Shown here one piece after another: positions 9,601 to 21,600 of a stretch of DNA of 39,605 bases. The position numbers were made by a program, and so were the translations under genes. Location of the stretch: contig JBECUI020000065.1 in assembly GCA_040954595.2 (NCBI GenBank), positions 1 to 39,605 on the forward strand, read 5' to 3'. The DNA comes from Balanoglossus misakiensis (lineage: Eukaryota > Animalia > Hemichordata). Numbering within the stretch: the stretch's first letter is position 1; every line of letters begins with the position of its first letter. The notes beneath the pieces were generated by a model. That model was not told the DNA's origin. It saw only the letters and a program-made list of their open reading frames with translations, and ran no database searches.

Positions 9601-12600
9601 CGATCAGCTATCCTGTTGCTGGTGCGCCTGTTGCTCTGGACGGGTTTGCTGCGCCCGAGGTGACAGCCGAGATAGCGCTTGGCGATGTTGCCGGGATAGA
9701 TGGCTTTAATGAGGCCATCTATGTGGAGCGCCGTAAGGTGACCGGACGAGAAAATACCCGTTTCGAGTTTGTAATCTCTAATTTTGTCGGCTCCAGTTTG
9801 AGCGGGACGCCGGTTTTGAACTTTGGCGCTGTTACTGGTGGCGGTGGCACGATAATTGACACTGATACAGACAAGATCACTTTTCATAATGCCGACGGCA
9901 CTGAGGCCACCAGCATTAGCACTGCCGGCTCTGTTCATGTCTCGGTTCCGGTGACTTTCTATGGTTGTAATTATGTGCCCGATCTCAGCATTCCTGCTCC
10001 GACTTTTACGATAGGTGGCGCCCCGGTGACGCTTTCGGGTTGGCAAGAAAAACTCATCACTTGCGGCGATACCTATAGCGTGTCTGTGGACGCAGATGCG
10101 GGCGACTCCAGCTATGCCATAGATAGAAGCGGCTTTGATACGGCAAGGGGCGACGAAGCTGGCAAGGCTCTGATCGGCACGGTCAGCATTGATCCATTCA
10201 ACAGCCAAAATGGCACGGTCTCGCGCTATTACACCTCGCTGGCTGGTAGCAGTACCAATTATATAGATTCCAGCGCCACTTTGCCTTCCTCTGCCCGCCT
10301 GACGGTGCGGGCGAGCCAATCAATTAGCGAAGTCGGTTTGACGGAAGCGTTTAACGGCAAGCTGCAACTTGGCGAGACCGGTACTGGTGCGCCCATAAAC
10401 CTTGATTTTGCTAATGTTACGTTGATACAGGCCAGTGTTACTGCTGTCACATCTTCGCTCCCGATCTATGCGACGCTGGACGATGCTGGCACTGTTCGCG
10501 ATCGCCCGGGAGTAGATTTTGCGGTGACGGAGCTTCGCCTGACACCAACAGGAGGTGGCTCGATCGATTATGCGTTCCCCTCTGTTCCTCTGGATGGGTC
10601 TGTTCCTCTGGATGGGTTTGCACCGGTATTGCCTCTGGCAGCCAGCATAGATTTTGGTGATGTCACCGGGGTGGCCGGCTTTAATGAGGTTGTCCATGTA
10701 GACAGCAATGCCGTAGCCGAAGCGCAAACCGGCATTTTCGAGTTTCAGATCACCGGTTTTGGCGGTGTGAGCGGGGCGCTTGATTTGAGCTTTGACACTA
10801 TTGTTGGAGGTTCGGTTGGTGTGCCTGTCTTCCATGACAGTGCTGGCGACGTCATTAGCGAGATTGCTCCTGCCGACACTTCTATAGGTGTATCGGTGTC
10901 TGTGAACTTTGATGGTTGCGGCGGTGCGGTCACTGGTCTCAGCATTCCGGCACCGCCGAGCTTTGCTATAGGTAATACAGATATACAGCTTTCCTGGCCG
11001 GGAGCGGCAACAAGTCAGCAACTGATCACTTGCGCCGATGCCTATAGCGTTCCCTATGTTGTGGTCGCGACCTCGGATGAGAGCGTGAGCGACTCCGAAT
11101 ATGCCGATGGAGGCGCTGGTTTCACCGCGCCCATAGACGGCAATGCCAGCAAGACTCAAATCGGCACGATCAGCGTTAGAGGCGGCACCTTAAACAGCGT
11201 GGCTACGCAATATTATACCAATTTGAGTAATCCTGCTATTTACATAGATGCCAATAGCTCGGTGAGCATGAGGCTAAAGATAAGCAGTGACGGCTTTGCA
11301 GGGTTTAACGGTGAGCTGCAGATCGGTGATGACGGAACAGCCAGATCTTTCGGGATAGACTCCGGAGAGATCGAGATTGATGTTGCGACTGTTCATCCGG
11401 TCTCGGATCTTCCGATTTATGTGACGATGGATGATACGAATATTGCGGTTCGTCCTGGTCTTGATTTTACGGTGACAGGTCTTGCTCTGACCCCGACCGG
11501 AGCAACTGATTCGATCAGCTATCCTGTTTCTGGTTTGCCTGTGCCTGTTGCTCTGGACGGGTTTCAGGGGGCACAAATCGCCAGCTTGAATTTTGGCGAT
11601 ATCACCGGCATGGACGGCTTTAATGAGGCCATTCATGTGGACAGCAATATAGTGAGTTCGTCGCAACCCCCAACTTCCCGTGCCGCCACATTCGAGTTTC
11701 TAATCTCTGGCTTTTCCAACACCGGTGTGAGCGGAACACCAGATTTGAGCTTTGGCACTGTTACTGGCGGCTCGATCAATGAGGCGGTGGGCATCAAATA
11801 CTATAATAGCACTGGTGGTGAGATTACCGGGGAGCTTTCGACAAATATTGGCACTATTGGGGTAGCGGTTCCGGTGATCTTCAATGGTTGTAGCGCGGAT
11901 GTCACCTTTCTCAGCATTCCTGCTCCGACTCTTACGATAGGTAGCACGTCAGTGACGCTTACGGGCTGGCCTTCGGGGAACCTGATCACTTGCGGCGATG
12001 CCTATAGCGTGAGCAGCGATGTGGCTGAGGATGGAAGCACGGGTAACTCCGAATATGCCGATAATGGGTATGGCTTTATTGTGGCTGACGGAGACAGTTT
12101 CGACCGGGCCAAGATCGGTGAGATCAGCTTCAATAGCCAAGTCCAAGGTGTCACGGTCTCGCGCTATTACACCTCGCTGACGGATGGTCCTTTGGCTACT
12201 GGTCAGTGCTCCACCACTTGCCTTGATGCCAGTCTGAGTGCCGCCAGCCTGACGGTGCAAGCGACCCGCGCCGGAGATCTGGACTTTGGTGGCAAGCTGC
12301 AACTCGGCGATGATATTGCCGGTGCTCAAGACATAGTATTTGCTGCGGGAGCCACCGATGCGACTCCGGTCATGGTCAGTGTTACTGGTGCTACATCTCC
12401 GATCCCGATCTATGCGACGCTGGATAAGGGGGAGGCATTACAAACCAGTCAAGACTTTAGTTTTATAACTTCTCGTCCGGAGATGAGTTTTAAGGTGACA
12501 AGCCTCAGCTTGACGCCGATCGGGGCTACTGATCCGATCAATTACACTGCTACTGACATTGATCTGGATAGTTTTGCGCCGGTTACGGTGGGGCAGGTGG

Positions 12601-15600
12601 CCGTCAGTGCCAGCTTTGGCGAGGTGGTTGATGCTTCTAACACACCTTTGGCTGGGCTGAACGGCTTTATCAGTTCTCCCATCCATGTGGACAGCAATGC
12701 GGTGAATTCCGCGCTACCCTCAACTTCCCGTACCGCCACATTCGAGTTTGAGGTTACCATCACTGGTACTCCTGATCAATTAAATGGCGCTATTAGTTTG
12801 GAGGGGACATCTCCCAATTCTGTAAGTGGTGGTAACTTTGCGTCAGCAGCATTTTACCAGAATGGCACTGCAATCAATGAATTGAGTATAGGTGTAGGTG
12901 ATACTTCTGTTACTCTTGGGATGGTTGTTACTCTGGACTTCTATGGTTGTAGCATTAACAATCCAAATCTTAGACTTTCAAACCTGGATCTGAACTTCGG
13001 GGTAAGAAATGCTGATGACATTAAACTATCATATGCAAAGCTGAGCGGGCCTGATGTGCAAATCCAATGCGGCGAAGCCTATAGCGTGACTGTGGACACG
13101 GATGAGGGCGCGAACGACTCCCAATATGCCACGGATGGCACCGGCTTTGATACGACGGTGGTGAATGACGAAGCTGGCAAGGCTCAGATTGGCACGGTCA
13201 GCATTGACGCTTTCAACAGCCAGAGCAATACAGTCTCGCGTTATTACACCTCGCTGGCTAATTCTGGAGCTAATTATATTGATGCCAGCACCGAGGTGAA
13301 CTTTAATCTTAGGGTAATCAGCGACGGTTCGGCGCCGTTTGCCGGGACGCTCCAAATTGGCACCGGGGCAGCCAGTGCTTTGAATATAGGGGCAGCCGCC
13401 GAGACCAAATCTGTTGATGTTACAGCGGCTACAGGCCCAGCACTTCCGATCTATTTGAGTCTTGCGGATGGCACTTTTGGCGATGGGAATGAGCGCTCTC
13501 GCCCGGGGCTGAACTTTGAAGTAACCGGCATTGAACTGACCGGCACCACTGCTCCGTTAAACTATCCTGTTGCTGGTGCGCCTGTCATGCTGGACGAGTT
13601 TGCGCCGGTTACAGCTATACCCACCGGGCCGACAGCCAGCATAGCGCTTGGCGATATAGCGGCAGTGGACGGCTTTACCGAGGCCATCCATGTGGACCGC
13701 CATGCGGTAGCCGGAGCGCAAACCGCCACATTCGAGTTTGAAATCTCTGGCTTTTCCGACCCCAATTTGAGCGGCACCCCAGTTTTGAGCTTTGGCCAGG
13801 TCGATGAGCGTGGAATGATTGCTGTCAGTAATGGCTCGATCGATATGAACACGCTTAGTTTGACCGCATATGATGCCGATAATGCCAGTGTTGGGGCGAC
13901 GGTGGAAGTGAGCTTTGCTGGTTGTGACACTGCGTCCGATCTCAGCATTCCGGCACCGGTGAGCTTTGCGATAGGTGATACGCCGGTGACGCTGTCCTTT
14001 CCGGGGTCGGCTCAGCTTCTGCAACTGATCACTTGCGGTGAGGCCTATAGCGTGATGGTGGCCTCGGATATGGATACGGACGATTCCGAATACGCCACGG
14101 ATGGGACAGGCTTTGACACCACGAGAGCCGGTAGCATTGACAGCATCAGCAAGGCTCTGATTGGCGAGGTTAGTATTAGTGCATTCAACGGCCAAAATGG
14201 CATGGTCTCGCGCTATTATACCTCGCTGACTGGTGGTCCTTTGGCTACTGGTGAGACCTGCTCTAGTGCTGCCTTTGCGGCTTGTCTTGATGCTGATACC
14301 AAAATGCGCGACCTGAGCTTGACGGTGCAGGCTATTCGTGTCGGCACATGGGACTTTAATGGCCAACTGGCTCTGGAGCTGGGAGAGGACTCAGCATTCG
14401 GAGACATAGTTTTTGCCGCGAATGATCCGACCAGTGATGTGGCGATTAATTTGTCTGCAACGGGCGGGCCATCGCTTCCTGTCGATTTTAGCTTGGCAGG
14501 CTCATCGGTCTCGATCTATGCGCAGCTTGGTGACGGCAGTTTTGGTGACGGGCAAGCGCGGTCTCGTCCGGGGCTGAGCTTTGTCGTGACAAGCTTTGAT
14601 CTGACATCGGAGTCAGGGAGAGCCTCGATCGGCTCCCCGACTGGCCTTGATGCGGCTCTGGACGGGTTTTCGGCGGTGTCGCCTGCGCCGACAGCCAGCA
14701 TAGAGCTTGGCGATATAGCGACAGTGACCGGCTTTACCGGCCCTGTCTATGTGGACAAATATATAGTGACCGAAACACAGACCGCCACTTTCGAGTTCCA
14801 GATACTGGCTGTCTCCGATGCCAGTTTGAGCGGCGTGCTGGCTTTTAGTTTTGGGCAGGCCGGTGAGAGTGGGATTATATCTATCGATAATGGCTCGATA
14901 GATATGGGCACGCTTATACTCCATGACGCTGAAGGCAATCTTATAGACGCAGGAGGCTCCGTCACCGTCACGGACAATGATGCGGCAATTATCAGAGGGG
15001 CGGTGGATGTGAGCTTTGATGGTTGCGGCGGTGCGGTCACTGGTCTCAGCATTCCGGCACCGGCAAGCTTTGCTATAGGTGATACAGATATACAGCTTTC
15101 CTGGCCGGGAGCGGCAACAAGCCTGCAATTGATCAGTTGCGGCGACCCCTATATTGTGAGCAGCGATGTGGGCACGAGCGACTCCGAATATGCCGATGGA
15201 GGCGCTGGCTTTGTCGTTACTGGCGAGGATAGTGCCAGCCAGGCTATAATCGGCACGATCGGCTTTAACAGCGACACTGCCACGCGCTATTATACCGATT
15301 TGAGCAATCCTGAGGCCAATTATCTCGATGCGACCACCGAAATACGCCTTAAGCTTGCTGTGATCAGCGACGGCTTGGCAGGGTTTAACGGTGAGGTGCA
15401 AATTGGCAGCGGAGCAGCTACCACTCTGGAGATAGATGCAGGATTGGTAATTGCTGATATTGTTGTGCCCACAGGTGAAAATCTCCCGATCCTTGTGACG
15501 ATGACTGATATAGCGATGCGCTCTCGTCCCCGTTTGAGCTTTGTGGTGAACGGCATGACGACAGCAGAAGGCAGCAAGATCAGCTATATCACTGACGGTG

Positions 15601-18600
15601 TTTTGGACGGGTTTGCTCCGGTTTTGGGCACTAGTGCCAATATTGCGTTTGGCGATATCACCGGCATGGACGGCTTTAATGAGGCCATTCATGTGGACAG
15701 CAATATAGTGAAGTCCACGCAGGACGTAGCTGACCGTACCGCCATATTCGAGTTTGTAATCTCTGGCTTTTCCGATACCGGTTTGAGCGGGACGCCAGCT
15801 TTGAGCTTTGGCACTGTTACTGGCGGCTCGATCGATGAGGCGGTGGGCATAAAATATTATAGTTCAGGCGAGGAGATTACCGGGGAGTTTTCGGCAAATA
15901 TTGGCACTCTTGGGGTAGCGGTGCCGGTGATTTTCAATGGTTGCGACAATGCTCCCGGAGGTCTCACTCTGCCGGTTCCGGGCTTTAGTATAGGCGATAC
16001 ATTGGTGACGCTTACGAGCTGGCCTTCGGGTAATTTCATCGCTTGTGGCGAGGTCTATATTGCAACTATTGGCCCGGATGCGAATGATTCCGCCTATTCC
16101 GCCCATGGAAGCGGCTTCGATACGACGGTGGGCGACGAAGTTGGCAAGGCTCAGATTGGCACATTGTCACTTAGCTTCAATAGCCAAGATGGCACGGTCT
16201 CGCGTTATTACACCAATCTGAATATTGGCACTCTCAATTATCTTGAGGCGTCCAACGAGGTGAGCCTTGATCTTGCTGTGAGCAGCGACGGCTTTGCAGA
16301 GTTTGCCGGTGAGCTGCAAATCGGCGCCGGAGATGGTTATTCTCTGACGATAGCTGAAGGTGCGACAGATCCAGTGCCTGTTGATGTTGCGCTTCCCGCA
16401 GACACCAGCACAGCACTTCCGATCTATTTGAGTCTTGCGGCTGACACTTTCGGGTTAGATAATGTGCGTTCTCGTCCGATGTTGCATTTTTCGGTAGCCG
16501 GATTCAAACTGACCCCGACCGGGGCCACTGATCCGTTAAACTATCCTGTTGCTGATGCGCCTGTTGCTCTGGACGAATTTGCAAGGATTGCGGTGGAGCC
16601 GGTGACTGTCAGTGCCATATGGCAAGAGGTGGTTGATGGCAATGGTGCTCCGGTGCCAGAGGTGAAGGGGTTTGCTGGGCCTGTCTATGTGGATAGCAAT
16701 ATAGTGACCGAAGCGCAGAATGTCTCGTTCGAGTTCGAGGCTGTTATCACTGGCACTCCTGCTCAATTAAATGGCGCTATTGTGCTTGAGGATCAGGTTC
16801 CCGGCACTGTGGTTGGTGGCAGATTATTGCCAACAGGTTTTTACCAGAATGGCACTGAAATCAATGAATTGAGTGTAGATGCTGGTGTTACTTCTGTTAC
16901 TCTTGGGATGCGGGTTGATTTTGCCTTTGATGGTTGCGGCAGTGCTTCATCTCTTTCCTTGACCGAGAGTTTGGACTTCAAGATAACAAACACATCTGGC
17001 ACGATAACAGTATTTACAAAGACTGATCTTGGTGTAACCGATCTCATCACTTGCGGCGAGGCCTATGTGGTGGCTGTGACCCCGGATGAGGGCGCGAACG
17101 ACTCCCAATATGCCACGGATGGCACCGGCTTTGATACGACGGTGGGCGACGAAGTTGGCAAGGCCAAGATCGGCGAGCTTAGCATTGGTGCTTTCAACGA
17201 CCAGGGCGCCGCGGCCTTGCGCTACTACACCTCGTTGATTGATGGCTCTGACAGCAATTATATCGATGTGAACACCGCGATAGCGAGCCTTGGCTTCGAT
17301 GTAACCAGCGACGGTTCGGCGCCGTTTGCCGGGACGCTCCAAATTGACACCGGGGCAGCCAGTGCTTTGAATATAGGGGCAGCCGCCGAGACCAAATCTG
17401 TTGATGTTACAGCGGCTACAGGCACTGATCTTCCGATCTATTTGAGTCTTGCGGATGGCACTTTTGGCAATGGGAATGAGCGCTCTCGCCCGGGGCTGAG
17501 CTTTGAAGTAACCGGCATTGAACTGACCGGCACCACTGCTCCGTTAAACTATCCTGTTGCTGGTGCGCCTGTCATGCTGGACGAGTTTGCGCCGGTTACA
17601 GCTATATCCACCGGGCCGACTGCCAGCATTGCGCCTGGCGATGTCGCTGGTATGGACGGCTTTAATGAGCCTATCCATGTCGATAGCAGTATGGTGACCG
17701 GACAACAAAGTGTCCGTTTCGAGTTTCTAATCTCTGGCTTTTCCGACACCAATTTGAGCGGCACCCCAGTTTTGAGCTTTGGCCAGGTCGATGAGCGTGG
17801 AATGATTGCTGTCAGTAATGGCTCGATCGATATGAACACGCTTAGTTTGACCGCATATGATGCCGATAATGCCAGTGTTGGGGCGACGGTGGAAGTGAGC
17901 TTTGCTGGTTGTGACACTGCGTCCGGTCTCAGCATTCCGGCACCGGTGAGCTTTGCGATAGGTGATACGCCGGTGACGCTGTCCTTTCCGGGGTCGGCTC
18001 AGCTTCTGCAACTGATCACTTGCGGTGAGGCCTATAGCGTGATGGTGGCCTCGGATATGGATACGGACAATTCCGAATATGCCACGGATGGGACAGGCTT
18101 TGACACCACGAGAACCGGTAGCATTGACAGCATCAGCAAGGCTCTGATTGGCGAAATTAGTATTAGTGCATTCAACGGCCAAAATGGCATGGTCTCGCGC
18201 TATTATACCTCGCTGACTGGTGGTCCTTTGGCTACTGGTGAGACCTGCTCTAGTGCTGCCTCTGCGGCTTGTCTTGATGCTGATACCAAAATGCGCGACC
18301 TGAGCTTGACGGTGCAGGCTATTCGTGTCGGCACATGGGATTTTAGTGGCCAACTGGCTCTGGAGCTGGGAGAGGACTCAGCTTTCGGAGACATAGTTTT
18401 TGCCGCGAATGATCCGACCAGTGATGTGGCGATTAATTTGTCTGCAACGGGCGGGCCATCGCTTCCTGTCGATTTTAGCTTGGCAGGCTCATCGGTCTCG
18501 ATCTATGCGCAGCTTGGTGACGGCAGTTTTGGTGACGGGCAAGCGCGGTCTCGTCCGGGGCTGAGCTTTGTCGTGACAAGCTTTGATCTGACATCGGAGT

Positions 18601-21600
18601 CAGGGAGAGCCTCGATCGGCTCCCCGACTGGCCTTGATACGGCTTTGGACGGGTTTGAGCAGTTTACGCTTCCAAACGATCTGACAGCCAGTATTGAGTT
18701 TGGTGATGTGCCCGATATATCCGGTTTTGTCGAGCCTATCCATGTAGACAGCAATGCCGTAGCCGAAGCGCAAACCGGCATTTTCGAGTTTCAGATCACC
18801 GGTTTTGGCGGTGTTTCCGGGGTGCTTGATTTGAGCTTTGGCACTATTGTTGGAGGGTCGGTTGGCGACAAACTCTTCCATGACAGTGCTGGCAATGTCA
18901 TTAGCGAGATTGCTCCTGACAACACTTCTATAGGTGTATCGGTGTCTGTGAGCTTTGATGGTTGCAGCAATGCTACAGGTTTTGCCCTGTCCGATCCGAG
19001 CCTTATGATAGATGGTGCCCCGGTGGCGCTTACGGGCTGGCCTTCGGGGAACCTGATCACTTGCGCCGAGGCCTATAGCGTGGCTGTGGCCTCTGATATC
19101 ACATATGCTGCTGGTAGTAGCATGGGCGATTCTGAATATGCTGATACCACTGGTTTTGACGCTATGATTGCTGGCGACAGTGCGGATAAAGCTCTGATTG
19201 GCACGCTTACCGTCAGCTTCAATAGCGGCACGGCTATGAGCTATTACACAAATTTGAGCGATAATAGCAGCTATATCAATGCGGAGACCGAATTTGCCGC
19301 GGTGAATTTTGCTCTTGAGGTGACGGGTGACGGCTATGCTGGCTTTGTCGGTGAAGTAAGTAGCGGCAGCGGAGCGGCTACGGCTCTGACAATAGACAGA
19401 GGCGTGACAGAGGCCAAAATTATTGTTGCAACTGTCACGGGTGATAATGTCCCGATCCATGTGACATTGGTAGATGCAGCTATAAGGCGTTCCCGCCCGG
19501 GGCTGAGTTTTGCGGTGACGAGTTTGAGCCTGACCCCAATCGGAGGAGGCAGCGCGATTGATTATGCGGTCACTTCTAATGCTCTGGATGGGTTTGCGAA
19601 GGCTTCCATTCCCGAGATCATGTTTGAGAAAATCCGTGGTGCCAAGAATCCTGACGGGACTGCGCTACTCGGCTTTAATGAGACCATCCATGTCGAGAGC
19701 AATATGGTGGCCGGAGTCCAGTCTACCAATTTCGAGTTCAAAATTAGCGGTCTTGGTAATTTGAGCGGCACGCCGGTTTTGAGCTTTAATGCGTTTCTGG
19801 TTAAGGGTGGCTTTGTCGATAATAATGCAATCAAATATTATGATGGTTCTGGCATCAGGACTCAATTTGTATCATCTGGTGCTGATTCTTTCTTGGTTGC
19901 GGTGCCGGTAGTCTTTTTCGGCTGTAATAATTATAGCGGCTTTGTTGTACCTGCTCCGACTTTCAAGATAAATGACGTAGAGGTGACGCTTACGGGCTGG
20001 CCTTCGGGGGGGAACCTCATCACTTGCGCCGAGGCCTATAGCGTGAGCGGTGATTCCTTCGCTTCCAGCTATGCCGATAGTGGAAAAGGCTTTGTCGTCG
20101 CTGGCGGGGACAGTATCAGGCGAGCCAAGATCGGTGAGATCGTCTTTGATAATAGCACGGCCACGCGCTATTACACTTCTCTGGCTGGTGGTTCTGTAGC
20201 TATTGGCAGTTCTTGCGCCGATAGCTGTATAGACTCTGCCACGATGCTGAGCTTGGCCAGCCTGGAAGTGCAAGCAAGTCGCGGCGATGATCTGGAGTTC
20301 AATGGCAGGCTGGAGCTTGGCGATACCGGAGCCGCCAATACAGGCAAGGAGATAATTTTTGCCAGTAATAATAGTATCACGACTATATTGTCTGTTGTGC
20401 CGGACAATGGCTTGATTGATTTGCTCAATATTTATGTGAGGCTAAACAATGTAACGGTGCAAAATCGTCCGCAAATGGAGTTTGTGGTGACTAGCCTCAA
20501 TATCATGGCGGGAGACAGGAGAATCAGCTATATTTATGCGGCCCCTCCCATTATTCTGGACGGGTTTGATGCAGTGACACCTTCGGATGATGTAATTATC
20601 ACTCTGCCCACAGGTGAAATCTCCGATGGCATAATTGCTGGAGCCAATATCGATGTCAGTGCGGCTACAGCGGATCAGCCAGCGCTTTATATCGCTACTG
20701 ATGCTCTGGCTACTGCCGAGATGGCTCAGGACTTCTATCAGAGTTTCACCGCCGATCTGGCTGCGGGCGATTATAGGCTGCGGGTTGATCTGGCTGGAGG
20801 CAGCTTTATCGGCAATGCCGCTGCCGAGAATAATGGCCGGTTTGCCGATGGCTCGGTATATGCTGCGGTCAAGATTGGAGATGCTGATTCTGTTGTTGCT
20901 TCCGGATATGTTTCCAGCGTCGCCAGCAGCGTGGATATAAGCTTCACCACGGATGCTGCTGGCACTGCTGTGTTCGAGCTATTATTGCCGATCGAGTTTG
21001 CTGGTTGCGCGGACACGGCCTCAGAGCTAAGGGCGACGGTCAGCTTTGCTGCGGTGCCTGGTGGAAGCGCGGCTCCTGCTGCTGTCGAGCGGCAATTTAT
21101 CGGTTGCGCCAGAGCCTATGCGCTGGCCGAGAATAGCGGGAGCGATACAGGCTGGGGCGGCGGCGACAGCAAATATGTCGAGAATGGCTTTGGCCTTGAT
21201 ATTGGTGTGTTTGGCCCGGTGCTCAATAATTTTCGTCTACCGGCGGACACGGCCGACAAGGCTGCCATTGGCGTGGTCGAGCTGAGCTTCAATCCGGACA
21301 ATATTGCTGCCGATGTTTTCTATCTGGATATTGGCACCATCAAGCGCGAACTTGCCGGAGTTACCGGCGAAGTGGCGCTCAGGGTCATAGCGGACAATGC
21401 GGCTGGTCTTGCCGGAGTGGTTTTTGATGATGCACCAGCCGCCTTGGTCGGCTTTACCGATGGCGTTGCCGAATTGCCGATCAATCCGGATCAAAATAAA
21501 ATGTTCCGCGATGCGATTTATTTGTCGCTCGGAGATGCCCAGCCGGAAGTTAGGCTCAGTGGCGAGATAGTTCTGGTTGCTACGAATACTGCTATTGATG

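Larger units (their letters stand above)
6627..20567 (+). repeat. Fourteen-unit tandem coding repeat array of gene 2, mean period ~1000 bp
   Basis: [HY]V[DE] anchors at about 6684, 7725, 8727, 9720, 10695, 11634, 12684, 13689, 14748, 15690, 16686, 17676, 18741 and 19689. Confidence 0.93.
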
